From Escherichia coli (GTDB taxonomy: Bacteria > Pseudomonadota > Gammaproteobacteria > Enterobacterales > Enterobacteriaceae): DNA of 64,000 nucleotides. Shown one piece after another: positions 47,364-56,899 of this stretch. The position numbers and the translations under genes were made by a program. The stretch lies in NCBI RefSeq assembly GCF_030384885.1, contig NZ_CP128615.1; one strand, written 5' to 3'. Every line of letters begins with the position of its first letter. The first letter of the stretch is position 1. The notes beneath the pieces are model-generated. The model made no database searches and was not told the DNA's origin. It saw only the letters and a list, made by a program, of their open reading frames with translations.

Positions 47364-49311
47364 CGGCAGGCGATCTGGATTATCGTCACGCTGTTAAATA
47401 TGTCGCGGTAGGGATACCCGTTACCGGATACCCCCCGCACAGATCCCGGCGTGCGCGATTTACGCACCGGGCTCCTGCCTCGGGTGTCTGGCGGTGAACC
47501 GCTCCACAGGCCATGGATGAAGAACCCGAACCCTTGGTAGCCATGCGGCTGCCAGTTTGTTTGCTTTCGTCCAGGTCGTATCATCCTTCTGGCTCCTGCG
47601 CCTGAGCGCCCGGCGCCAGAGGTTTGTTACGTGTGTCCTGAACTTCTGCATGGTGGGGAAGTTGCCCGGTACCGAGTGATAGTTCAGGTATCCCTGAACC
47701 ACTCTCCTGAGCCATTTTCCCTGTTCGGGGATTGAGTAATGCCAGCGCCTTCGCAGACCGTCTTTGATGGCTTTCAGAGTTGCCGTCATCCGATCCCGGC
47801 GGGTCTTTCGTATCAGCATGAACCTGCCGTTGCGATCTTTCCCGCTGATGTGCGTGAACCCGAGGAAGTTGAACGTTTCTGGTTTGCCTTTTCCCCTGAT
47901 GGCACGGTTTTCGGCAGCGAAGCGGCCGAACTCCATCAGACGGGTTTTCTCCGGGTGAACCGTGAGTCCGAACTCCCTCAGTCTGCGCTGCATGGCTATA
48001 CGGAAGCGCCGGGCATCGTATCGTTTGTCGAACCCGATGACGATGTCATCGGCGTATCTGACCATTACCACATTGCCTGTGGCATAGCGACGTCGCCACT
48101 GATGCGCCCACAGATCGAAGACGTAGTGGAGGTATATGTTTGCCAGCAGCGGTGAGATGACCGCACCCTGTGGGGTGCCTTCCTCCGTTGCTCGCCATTG
48201 ACCCTCCTCCAACGTCCCGGCTGTGAGCCACTTACGTATGAGCCTGATTACGCTCCGGTCGCCGATCCGATGCTCTGTGAACCTGATCAGCCATTCGTGG
48301 CTCACCCTGTCGAAGAACTGACTGATGTCGGCATCCAGTACCCAGTTTACGTTAGTGCGTACCAGCCCTGTGGCCAGTGCGTCCAGTGCATCGTGCTGGC
48401 TTCGCCCGGGTCTGAACCCGTATGAGAACCCCATAAAGTCGTTTTCATAGACTGCGTTCAGGATTTTCACCAGCGCATACTGGACGATCTTGTCCTCCAG
48501 CGAGGCGATGCCGAGCGGGCGTTGTTTTCCATCCGCTTTTGGGATGTAGTGACGCCTGCCGGGCTGCGCCCTGTAGCTGCCCTAATGTAGCCTCCGGTGC
48601 AGATCTGTTATGTTGTTCTTCATGTTTCCGGCGTAGTCCATCCACCTGATGCCATCCACTCCGGCGGCCGCTTTCCTGCTCAGGGAGAGGAATGCGGCTT
48701 CCAGTGCTTCGACTGTCAGCAGGTGGAACAATGCTGTAAACCGTTCTTTCTTCCGCTGCTTCGCAGCTTCCCGCACGCGTGACAGCCTCTGTGACATGCT
48801 TTCCCGGCTCTGTGTCCGGCGCATGTGTGGCTGTTCCGCGTTCCCCTTGGCCCCGCTCCTTCGCTCCACTGACTCCGCTCCTTTCGGGTTGTTCGCCTGC
48901 TTCGCCGCTACTATGAGCGAGTCCGACTTCTCCTCTCCGTACATCACCGGCTATGACTCCTCGTCTTCCCGGTGCGGGCCGTCTCCGACACTGGCAGATG
49001 GTCAGAGGGGAGATCTCCCGGTTCCCGCGTAGAGATCGTATTGACATGCCAGGGTCTCAGACCCCGCCGGGTCCATGTGGCACTCGCAGTATCGCACCCT
49101 ATGATGTTGCCTTCCGTTAACAGTACAACGTCGGCACCCGGTAATTTAATATACATTTCGTGGCTCAATGGCTGGCCTGTCAACACCCCTGTCAACGCTT
49201 CGCCCCATACCTCGCGGTATGCAACGCATGACTCGGGGACCTTGTGGATTGCTGGTCCTTCAATGGTCGGGGACTTTCACCCCTTGATCTCTACCGGTCT
49301 CCCGGTGAACA
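47364..49311 (-). mobile_element. bacterial group II intron (ends not resolved; 3' side abuts IS1)
   Basis: RT/maturase ORF in domain IV. Domain V-like 34-nt hairpin with GUAA tetraloop and 2-nt bulge at 47405-47438. About 360 nt of structured 5' RNA (GGTGAAAGTCC etc.). Confidence 0.7.
47460..48947 (-). pseudogene. group II intron reverse transcriptase/maturase with one in-frame TAG (codon 122 of 496)
   Basis: ORFs 48582..48947 and 47460..48470 are in the same frame (1488 nt), joined as ...DLHRRLH*GSYRAQPGRRHYIPKADGKQRPLG...; YADD motif; no endonuclease domain. Confidence 0.8.
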
Positions 49312-49327
49312 CTGTATGTATAACCAG
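49312..49327. promoter_or_regulatory. LexA (SOS) box CTGTATGTATAACCAG
   Basis: CTG-N10-CAG 25 nt upstream of the umuD-like start; candidate -10 TAAAAT follows. Confidence 0.7.
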
Positions 49328-49352
49328 TAAAATTAGAGTGTCAGGAGGAAAG

Positions 49353-49784
49353 ATGAAACTACAACTTTTCAGCACCGGGAAAGAACTCCCGCCACAGGCC
49401 CATCCATTGTTTGCCGATCTGGCCAGCTGCGGTTTTCCCAGCCCTGCTGCTGACTATGTCGAGTCCGATCTGGATCTCCATGATTACTGCATACGGCATC
49501 CGAGCGCGACGTACTACCTGCGTGCCAGCGGAGACAGCATGGCCGACGGCAGTCTGTACAATGGCGATCTGCTGGTTGTGGACAGTGCTGAAAAGCCGCG
49601 GCACGGCGATATCGTTGTCGCCAGCATGCAGGGGGAGTTTACGGTGAAACGGCTTCTGCTGACGCCGCGACTGACGCTGCAGCCCATGAATGCCTCCTGG
49701 TCGCCGATTTATCCTGATCCCGACGAGCTGGATATCTTTGGCGTCGTCACGCATATCATCCACCGCCCGAGGGAGATGTACTGA
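49353..49784 (+). CDS. umuD: UmuD/MucA-like S24 peptidase (Pol V accessory subunit)
   Basis: AGGAGG RBS; 143 aa; cleavage site ...[12 protein letters not shown], Ser (ASGDSM) and Lys (VKRL). The listed 270-aa ORF is an upstream extension. Confidence 0.9.
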   Translation: MKLQLFSTGKELPPQAHPLFADLASCGFPSPAADYVESDLDLHDYCIRHPSATYYLRASGDSMADGSLYNGDLLVVDSAEKPRHGDIVVASMQGEFTVKRLLLTPRLTLQPMNASWSPIYPDPDELDIFGVVTHIIHRPREMY

Positions 49785-51055
49785 TGTTTGCCCTGGCCGA
49801 TGTGAACAGCTTCTATGCCAGCTGTGAACGTGTTTTCCGCCCGGATTTGAAAGGAAAGCCGATAGTCGTCCTGAGCAACAACGACGGGAATGTAATCGCT
49901 CGCAGTGCCGAGGCGAAGCCCTGGATCAAAATGGAAACTCCGTGGTTTCAGATAAAAAACGAAAGATACCCGGAAAAAATATATGCGTTTTCAAGTAACT
50001 ATGAACTTTATGCCTCGATGTTGGCGCGCGTGATGAACAGCCTGGAGGAACTGGCCCCCAGAGTGGAACAGTATTCAATTGATGAGATGTTCCTCGATTT
50101 GACCGGCGTGGAGCACTGTATGGAGCTTGAGGACTTCGGCCGGCAGCTGCGTCAGCACGTGTATGACTGTACCCACCTGACCATTGGCGTGGGCGCCGGA
50201 CCAACGAAGACCCTCGCAAAATCAGCCCAGTGGGCCTCAAAAGAGTGGAAACAGTTTCGTGGCGTACTTGCTCTGACCAGGGGAAATCCGCAGAGAACGC
50301 GGAAACTGCTTTCACTGCAGCCGGTTGAAGAAATCTGGGGGGTGGGTAACCGTATTGCACGCAAGCTGAATGTACTGGGCATTAAGACCGCGCTCGATCT
50401 CGCCCTGACGAACCCGGCCTTCATCCGCAAAAATTTTTCTGTGGTCCTTGAGCGAACGGTACGGGAACTGAACGGGGAAAGCTGCCTTTCGCTTGAGGAA
50501 GCCCCTCCGACGAAACAGCAAATTGTCTGCAGCCGCAGTTTTGGCGTGAAGATCACGGAGTACGAGTCACTCCGTCAGGCTATCTGTCAGCACGCAGAGC
50601 GGGCCTCTGAAAAACTGCGTAAAGAGCACCAGTATTGCCGGCATATTTCCGTTTTCATCAAAACGTCTCCGTTCGCCATTAAAGAGCCTTACTACGGCAA
50701 CGTGGCTACGGAAAAACTTCTTACACCCACTCAGGACACCAGGGACATCATTGCAGCCGCTACAACGGCTCTGGAGCGTATCTGGAGGGATGGGCACCGG
50801 TATGCCAAAGCCGGAGTTATGCTGAATGACTTCACCGGCTCCGGCGTTTCGCAGCTGCAGCTGTTCGACGAACGCCCGCCACGCCCTTACAGTGCTGAGC
50901 TGATGAAGGTTCTGGACGGGATCAACAACTCAGGGCTGGGTAAAGTATGGTTTGCGGGGCGGGGTATTGCCCCGGAATGGCAGATGAAACGGGAGATGCT
51001 TTCTCCTGCTTATACGACACGATGGTCAGATATTCCTTCAGCGAAACTGGCGTAA
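49784..51055 (+). CDS. umuC: UmuC/MucB-like Y-family DNA polymerase
   Basis: 423 aa [35 protein letters not shown]...; ATGA-type overlap with umuD. Confidence 0.9.
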   Translation: MFALADVNSFYASCERVFRPDLKGKPIVVLSNNDGNVIARSAEAKPWIKMETPWFQIKNERYPEKIYAFSSNYELYASMLARVMNSLEELAPRVEQYSIDEMFLDLTGVEHCMELEDFGRQLRQHVYDCTHLTIGVGAGPTKTLAKSAQWASKEWKQFRGVLALTRGNPQRTRKLLSLQPVEEIWGVGNRIARKLNVLGIKTALDLALTNPAFIRKNFSVVLERTVRELNGESCLSLEEAPPTKQQIVCSRSFGVKITEYESLRQAICQHAERASEKLRKEHQYCRHISVFIKTSPFAIKEPYYGNVATEKLLTPTQDTRDIIAAATTALERIWRDGHRYAKAGVMLNDFTGSGVSQLQLFDERPPRPYSAELMKVLDGINNSGLGKVWFAGRGIAPEWQMKREMLSPAYTTRWSDIPSAKLA

Positions 51056-51060
51056 AACTT

Positions 51061-51140
51061 TGGCGATTTCACCTTGAAATTCTCAGCCTAAACTGCCTAA
51101 TTACAATAAGTTAGATGTGAAATCGCCATGGCGAAATTAT
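51061..51140 (-). promoter_or_regulatory. P1-type parS centromere (box A ATTTCAC / box B TCGCCA flanking an IHF-like core)
   Basis: Reverse complement reads TCGCCATGGCGATTTCACATCTAACTTA...GAATTTCAAGGTGAAATCGCCA, very close to P1 parS as I recall it; directly downstream of parB. Confidence 0.8.
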
Positions 51141-52114
51141 TGACTCAAATTTCTGTCAAGGACCTCGTTGATAGCCTTGTCCAGTTCATCCTGAATCACT
51201 TTTGACATACGGCTAAACTCATAAGTCAGCGTACGCCCTTTCACACGCTTACGCGCGAACTTGTCCTTTTCTTCAAAAGACCAGAGTGGGGAAACCACTG
51301 ACTTTTCCTTGGGAGATGGATCTATCAATGCCTGAGATGCCTGAGAAATCAGCTTCAGTATACTGGCTTTCTGTTCGTCTTCTGGTCGCTCGCCTTCACT
51401 CAAAATTGCATCGAGCTGAGCTGATACAGACTGAATGAGTTCTTCAGGCGTTAATCCCTTTTCACTGAGTTTTTCATTAACTTCTAAAAGAAGTTTATAG
51501 TCACTAAACGATAGCTCCGACTGAACCGGGAACAGAGAAATCAAGTCTTGCGGTACGGCCGCCGCCTGCAGCGCCCTGGTAACTTTAGCTTGAGATAACC
51601 CCTCCAGTTCAGCAATTTCCTTTTGATTAAATCCGGACTCTTTAAGAGCGATCAATCTCAGGCCAATCTCCCGAAGATTATGTTCTTTAGCTGTCTGGAT
51701 ATCTTTAGCCAGTTGGCGAGCTTCATCAGCTGATAAATGCTCTTCGGTAACCATTACATCAAGGCCTGTACGGACAAAAATTGCTGAGGCTCGCCGTCTT
51801 GAACCATCCAGTATCTCAATCCTTTCACTTTGCTTAATACCAATACAGGGAAAGAACTGCTGAAACTTAATCGTCTGGATAATGGATTTCAGGGATTCCC
51901 TGGTCAGTGCAAGTTGATCTCTTCCGTTGTTTTCCTGGTTTACGAAGGTCTTACTTTCAACTTCAGATGCAGGCACCCGAACAAACCTGAACGTTACCTT
52001 CCTGCCGGTTTTTAAGGTAAATACCTGGCTTCTACCGGTGTCCGTCATTTCCGCAATTGACGCCTGGGTATTTAACTGTCTGCCGATGGTTTTTCTTTTC
52101 TCATTCGACATCAC
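51137..52114 (-). CDS. parB: ParB (type Ia, P1/F-like centromere-binding protein)
   Basis: 325 aa; ParB-box-like ILDGSRRR; HTH QKEIAELEGLSQAKVTRAL; overlaps the parA stop. Confidence 0.85.
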   Translation of the reverse strand: MMSNEKRKTIGRQLNTQASIAEMTDTGRSQVFTLKTGRKVTFRFVRVPASEVESKTFVNQENNGRDQLALTRESLKSIIQTIKFQQFFPCIGIKQSERIEILDGSRRRASAIFVRTGLDVMVTEEHLSADEARQLAKDIQTAKEHNLREIGLRLIALKESGFNQKEIAELEGLSQAKVTRALQAAAVPQDLISLFPVQSELSFSDYKLLLEVNEKLSEKGLTPEELIQSVSAQLDAILSEGERPEDEQKASILKLISQASQALIDPSPKEKSVVSPLWSFEEKDKFARKRVKGRTLTYEFSRMSKVIQDELDKAINEVLDRNLSQ

Positions 52115-53316
52115 ATACCTCCGTTAGTACGAATGAACTCGATGCGATCAAAGACTGCCTTCGCAAAGTCTTCCGCTGCTGATTTTGCGCTTTTTAGTGC
52201 CTCTGTACTTCCATCATAGGTTGCTGGATTTGCTGAAATAACTGTGTCAAAAGTCTCCCCACAACGTTCGAAACCATCCAGTCTTGGCAGAACCATGTCT
52301 AGCATATCGGCACCGAAAACCTCTTTGGCCTGACTATGGCAAATTTTGTGATCAGACTTGTTCAGGATCTTGGACATGAAGCCGACATTACCGATGAGAT
52401 TGCAGGTGTGCCCATCCATTTCGATGGAATCTATGAGGGCAGGGAGGCTGGCCACAAACTTCAGGGAAGAATGAAAATCAACCGTCGCCGGTGGAAGAGG
52501 GGTCAACATCAGGTCTGCCGCCCCAATGCAGTTTTTCAGGAACGCATCAAGGTGAGGACCACTATCAAGGAAAATAAAGTCGTAGTCATGCTGGAGCTTG
52601 TCGATAATGTTCTCTTTAAGCACCGCATGAATATTTTTCCCTGGCAGATGTTCTTCACACAATCCCTTCCAGCCTTCAGCAAGGAATGCATCGTCAATGG
52701 AAGCGGGGATTACATCAACACCAGGGATAATAGACGGTACTATAAAATCGGAAAGTAATTCTTCACGAGACACGTTCTGGAGCATGGCCTGAGCAGCCGT
52801 ATTTTCAACCAAGCCCACTGAATTCTCATGGCTCAGGAACATTGTCAGAGATGCCTGCGGATCGAAATCGATGGCCAGAATACGCAGGTCTTCGAACAGA
52901 AGCTGAGGATGAGCTCGAAAAGCATGTGATAATGAAGCGGTAGAAACTGTCTTGGAACCACCACCTTTAAGATTACATACAAAAATCGTAAAGGCTTTAT
53001 CGAAGCGATCCCTGTACTTCGGTACTTTACGATGGTTATACAGATCGATGACATTCTGAATCGTCATCGCGTATTTCATCGTATTACCAGAAGGTTTCTT
53101 TTTAAAAATGTAGCCACCGGCTTCCATTTCGGACACAGCATACTCAACACTGCCTTTACTGAGCTTAGGCAGCTTATACAGAGCGGCTTTGCTGTATTCC
53201 TGATAGAACTCGGTAAGCTTCAATTCCTCTTTTTGCTGTCGGATACTTTCGCTCAAAGATGTCAGAAGCTTACCTGCACGTGTAGCGACTTTCCGTAACT
53301 GCTCAATATTGTCCAT
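52111..53316 (-). CDS. parA: ParA (type Ia Walker ATPase with N-terminal HTH extension)
   Basis: 401 aa; deviant Walker A CNLKGGGSKTVST; size typical of P1 ParA / F SopA. Confidence 0.9.
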   Translation of the reverse strand: MDNIEQLRKVATRAGKLLTSLSESIRQQKEELKLTEFYQEYSKAALYKLPKLSKGSVEYAVSEMEAGGYIFKKKPSGNTMKYAMTIQNVIDLYNHRKVPKYRDRFDKAFTIFVCNLKGGGSKTVSTASLSHAFRAHPQLLFEDLRILAIDFDPQASLTMFLSHENSVGLVENTAAQAMLQNVSREELLSDFIVPSIIPGVDVIPASIDDAFLAEGWKGLCEEHLPGKNIHAVLKENIIDKLQHDYDFIFLDSGPHLDAFLKNCIGAADLMLTPLPPATVDFHSSLKFVASLPALIDSIEMDGHTCNLIGNVGFMSKILNKSDHKICHSQAKEVFGADMLDMVLPRLDGFERCGETFDTVISANPATYDGSTEALKSAKSAAEDFAKAVFDRIEFIRTNGGM

Positions 53317-53325
53317 TTATCACCT

Positions 53326-53363
53326 CATGACGTTTTTTGTCATTTTGAACAAAAAGTGTCATG
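53326..53363. promoter_or_regulatory. imperfect 38-bp palindrome upstream of parA (candidate par operator)
   Basis: CATGACGTTTTTTGTCATTTTGAACAAAAAGTGTCATG. Confidence 0.5.
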
Positions 53364-53593
53364 TTGCAAGAAAAAAATCATATTGTTTTGATTTCGCTCT
53401 CAACAGAAGGGGGATGAAGCTCGACGGGCGTGCTACTAAATCACACTGCAGCAACACGCAGACGCACTTTTGACCATCAACAGCAACTCATACAAAAGGG
53501 CTTTGAGAAAGGTATTCAACTTGCAAGACAGGAGAGTCATTCAGAAGGATTCTGATTTTAGTTACGACCAGTGCAATGCTGAGCCTTATGTAT

Positions 53594-53648
53594 CAGCGCT
53601 CGCCGCAGCCATGTAACCGAGCGTAGCGAGCGAACTGGCGAGGAAGCG
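53594..53648 (-). other. ColE1 n'-type primosome-assembly-site-like element (ssi/pas)
   Basis: Reverse complement CGCTTCCTCGCCAGTTCGCTCGCTACGCTCGGTTACATGGCTGCGGCGAGCGCTG resembles pBR322 CGCTTCCTCGCTCACTGACTCGCTGCGCTCGGTCGTTCGGCTGCGGCGAGCGG (from memory). Confidence 0.45.
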
Positions 53649-53710
53649 AAGAGGAACCGTTCCGGCAGATAGCTCTTACGCTCAGCACAAGAAGAGTTTT
53701 CCATCCTCTG

Positions 53711-54120
53711 TGGGAAACAGGTCAACTTTAATGGACGCTCCGGACTATGGGAAACAGGTCAACTTCGCGGACGGCCCGGACTATGGGAAACAGGTCAACT
53801 TCACGGGCGGCCGGGAGTGTGGGGAACAGGTCAACTTCGCGGACGGCCCGGATTATGGGAAACAGGTCAACTTCGCGGGCGGCCGGGACTGTGGGAAACA
53901 GGTCAACTTTGCAGACGGCCCGGACTGTGGGAAACAGGTCAACTTCGCGGGCGGCCGGGAGTGTGGGGAACAGGTCAACTTCGCGGACGGCCCGGACTAA
54001 GGGAAACAGGTCAGCTTCTCGGACGGCCCGGACTATGGGAAACAGGTCAACTTCTCGGACGGTCGGGAGTGTGGGAAACAGGTCAAGTTAGGCAAGCACT
54101 ATGGGAAACACAGCAAGTTC
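53711..54120 (+). repeat. 11 + 1 degenerate iterons TATGGGAAACAGGTCAACTT at 36-bp spacing (copy-control array downstream of rep)
   Basis: TGGG starts at 53711, 53748, 53784 and then every 36 bp to 54072, plus a degenerate unit at 54102. GC-rich spacers alternate between two versions (72-bp super-period). Confidence 0.9.
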
Positions 54121-54176
54121 AGTATCCCCCCATATGTCAGCAACAAACTAAGGGGGGAGGAAATAAAAATTACAGA

Positions 54177-54899
54177 CTATTGTTTTTTATCAAGAAAATT
54201 AAACAGCAAGCGACCATCTTCTTCAGTGGTATATGTTACCTTTAATGGCGTCTTCTCATTAATTTTCTTCAGAGCAGGTTCCAGGAAGGTACGCTTCATT
54301 TCAGCAATATTGTTTTTCTGCGAGGCAGGGAGCATAAACCTTTCACATAACCAGTCATGTGTGGTGATCCAGACACCAGTGCTCCGGAACTGACACAGGC
54401 TTTCATAAAGCCGGATGACACGAACACTATTAAGCTGGCCACAGTCATAGAGAGAATAGGTAGTGAACTGGGAGGTTAAGCCGACCAGGAATGGCATGAC
54501 CTTGTAGTTAAATTCAATCTGCCAGGAACCCCGGCCTCGCTTCATTCCTGCTTCAGCCAGCCACGGACGTTTAACTTCTTCAAACTCACCTTCTTTTGGA
54601 TAAAAGGTAACCGTTGATTCGCCCAGAGCATTTACCCCAGCCTTCACATCACGACTGGCGACAGACGTAGCGACATTGAAGTATTTGACGTAATCGGAAA
54701 CGCTGATTTTGAAGAGCGGCAATACGTCAGAGTCATCTTCCTGGCTGTCATTAAAATAGGCCTGCATGAGGCATAACCACAGCACACGTTTTGCCTGAAG
54801 AGGCAGGTAATATGCAGCTTCGGTCAATTCGTTAGATTGCTTTATACTGGCGCGTTTTTTAAACGTTTTAGTAGCTGGCAAGAGTGCTTGAGTATCCAT
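54177..54899 (-). CDS. Rep_3/RepE-like iteron-binding replication initiator
   Basis: MDTQALLPATKTFKKRASIKQSNELTEAAYYLPLQAKRVLWLCL...RLYESLCQFRSTG... aligns with F RepE. The upstream ATG at 55043 lies inside an ori iteron and past DnaA boxes, so 54899 is preferred. Confidence 0.85.
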   Translation of the reverse strand: MDTQALLPATKTFKKRASIKQSNELTEAAYYLPLQAKRVLWLCLMQAYFNDSQEDDSDVLPLFKISVSDYVKYFNVATSVASRDVKAGVNALGESTVTFYPKEGEFEEVKRPWLAEAGMKRGRGSWQIEFNYKVMPFLVGLTSQFTTYSLYDCGQLNSVRVIRLYESLCQFRSTGVWITTHDWLCERFMLPASQKNNIAEMKRTFLEPALKKINEKTPLKVTYTTEEDGRLLFNFLDKKQ

Positions 54900-54972
54900 T
54901 TCAATGCCTATGGGTAAATTTTTACCCACCCATAATGACAGTGAAAACAGAAATTGCAAGCTATCGCGATAC

Positions 54973-55250
54973 TTATCCACCGGAAAAATCTGCACTTTAT
55001 CCACAAGTGGATAATTGAGAACTGAACTTGACCTCTTTCCCATAGCTTGTTGATGCGTATCCCATAGCTTGTTGACACAAAACCCACTGATACGTGATTA
55101 ATTTCCCATATTATGTTTACCAGTTGCCCATACAGGCCCCCTCTCAGGCCGCACTGTACGCGGCTTTCAGGCTCCCTAAAAGATGTAAAATAAAGAAAAA
55201 GAATAAAAAAGTACTTTATAAAAATATGCCCGTGGATAAGTGGATAACCC
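54973..55250. promoter_or_regulatory. oriV region: DnaA boxes, iterons, AT-rich stretch
   Basis: TTATCCACC (54973), perfect TTATCCACA (54997-55005), inverted GTGGATAAT (55007), five iterons, AT-rich 55175-55225, and GTGGATAAGTGGATAA (two boxes, about 55231-55246). Confidence 0.75.
55023..55132 (-). repeat. five origin iterons at exact 22-bp spacing (inverted relative to the 36-bp array)
   Basis: CCCA(T/C)(A/T) cores at 55039, 55061, 55083, 55105 and 55127. The first unit, AACTTGACCTCTTTCCCATA, matches the reverse complement of the array iteron at 17 of 20 positions. Confidence 0.8.
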
Positions 55251-55313
55251 CGAGGGGAGGTGATTTTTCAGGCATTGAGCGTAAGCAGAATTTATAAGTT
55301 TTGTTCCCTGGTG

Positions 55314-55366
55314 CTTCCTCGCTCACTCGGGGCTTCGCCCTGTCGCTCGACTGCGGCGAGCACTGC
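55314..55366 (+). other. second ColE1 n'-pas-like element
   Basis: GCTTCCTCGCTCACTCGGGGCTTCGCCCTGTCGCTCGACTGCGGCGAGCACTG. Confidence 0.45.
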
Positions 55367-55590
55367 TGGCTCGATCATATCCGTGGCCGGAAGATACTAC
55401 TCCTCCCCCGAGTCGCTCTCCAGAGCCGGCTACAGCGAGACAACCCGCACGAAGATTTCTATCGTCCCTGCAGACATATTCGAATCGTTTTTATTAACCC
55501 TGGCTTCCGTCGTGACAGAACACTACGTCCTGTAAAAGGGGGACTAAGGCCCCTGAATCACACACCTGAATAATGCGGAGTTTTACGATA

Positions 55591-55677
55591 ATGTCATTGC
55601 TGGAAACTTTCCTGACCGCTTCTCAGGGGGCAACAATCCTGTTCCTTGCCATGCTGATCTACTGGCAAAAGCGATAA
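55591..55677 (+). CDS. 28-aa hydrophobic peptide ORF (speculative)
   Basis: GGAG 10 nt upstream; MSLLETFLTASQGATILFLAMLIYWQKR (one TM-like helix). Confidence 0.25.
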   Translation: MSLLETFLTASQGATILFLAMLIYWQKR

Positions 55678-55805
55678 ATCCAAGCGGGCTGGCCTTTGGC
55701 CAGCTTCGCTGTATAAGGGGAAAAATGCGGCATATCCAGACATTTCACTAGGCAATTTGAATTCAGATATCTATGCTTGGGATCCGGTCAACAGGAGGTA
55801 ACAAG

Positions 55806-56063
55806 ATGAAACTTGAAACTATACAGATAGATAATACCGTAAGGAGTGGTCTTAATTCTTTCACTGACGGGGTGATTATTCGTGATACAAAGGTATTGAT
55901 CACGCTCAATCTCCCGGATGGACAGAAAACCACTATTGAGGGGGAATGGCGGCATATGTCGGACGCCAACAGGTTGTCAGAACGTATTACGATGCTTCAG
56001 CATGCGATCTATGAGCAGTATGAGGAATACAGAGCAGATATTCCCGTCAGCTGGTCCAGATAA
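55806..56063 (+). CDS. hypothetical protein (85 aa)
   Basis: CAGGAGG RBS 6 nt upstream of the ATG; no recognisable motif. Confidence 0.5.
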   Translation: MKLETIQIDNTVRSGLNSFTDGVIIRDTKVLITLNLPDGQKTTIEGEWRHMSDANRLSERITMLQHAIYEQYEEYRADIPVSWSR

Positions 56064-56120
56064 CGTCTGACAGACCTCCCCGGCGAGCAGGACGTTCGCC
56101 AGCATCATTCTCCTAAGTAC

Positions 56121-56899
56121 TTAAATATTCCCTTTCAGCATGGCTACCGCATCCGCTTCGGGCATCTGAAACTGAACTCGATGCCGCGCAGCAACATCAA
56201 GTGCGAACACCTTCGTATAGACTTCCGTCGAGCTAATCGATTTGTGGCCCATCAGGCTCTGCAAAACCTTCAGTGGTATGCCGGCATACAGCACATATGC
56301 ATCGCGTAGGAGTGGCGGAACGTATGCGGGGTGACCGGCACCGAGAATGTCACCCCGTCGACGGCGGCCGCTTCAACCGCTTCGCCAATCCAGGTCCGTA
56401 CTGTCCGGTCGGTGATGTCCCAGATGCGGGCTTTCTCTGTTCTGCCGGTACGCTTGTTGCGTCTTTCCAGCGGAATTTTCAGGGTGGCCACCATCATCTG
56501 CAGCTGGCTGACGTAGTGGTGATCGGAAAGCGGAACCAGACGATGAGCCTGGCTACCGGCGGGAGCTCGGCCGGCTGTCCTGGCCGCTTTTTCGGTGCGC
56601 TGCTTAAGCGTGGCCAGCTGCACGAACGGATACGGTGGCACCAGCGAAAAATCCCCCCGGGTCAGCGCCAGCGCCTCGTTGATACGTGCGCCGGTGTTCC
56701 AGAGGGTTGCCAGCAGCATCTTGCGGTGCAAATCGGGCACATAATGGAGCAGGGCGCTGACTTCCGGTGCCAGCAGGTATTTCGGTAGTTCATCTTGAAC
56801 GAGCGCCATCTGGCGCAGGGCCAGCGCGGCGGGATAGTCAATGGCCACCGGCATTTGCGCCGGCTGCTGCGGGTGAGAATATGATAAGAGGCCGCTCAT
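56121..56899 (-). pseudogene. tyrosine site-specific recombinase (ResD/XerD-like) with a 2-nt frameshift before the catalytic Tyr region
   Basis: Frame 1: ...TGARINEAL...HTFRHSYAMHM, then a stop. The +2 frame continues LYAGIPLKVLQSLMGHKSISSTEVYTKVFALD...GNI*. Extra TG near 56291-56294 (CATATGTGCTGTATGCC). Confidence 0.75.

Noticed and set aside
45318-48947. Retron hypothesis: a structured GC-rich element near a reverse transcriptase
   Set aside because: The RT has the group II intron architecture (RT domains, YADD, maturase X, adjacent domain V). It is separated from the structured element by an iteron array, a rep fragment and IS1.
48972-49352. N-terminal 127-codon extension of the umuD-like ORF
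   Set aside because: The extension runs through group II intron RNA sequence and the LexA box. A strong AGGAGG-ATG start at 49353 gives a canonical 143-aa UmuD.
53710-54245. ORFs of 96-142 aa (GNRSTSRTARTMGNRST... etc.) across the 36-bp iteron array
   Set aside because: Artefacts of translating tandem repeats located downstream of the rep gene.
54900-55043. Longer Rep start at ATG 55043 (288 aa)
   Set aside because: That ATG is part of an ori iteron (TTTCCCATA), and the extension would cover three DnaA boxes and the promoter-operator dyad. RepE-type proteins align from MDTQ... at 54899. The longer start is kept as a lower-probability alternative.
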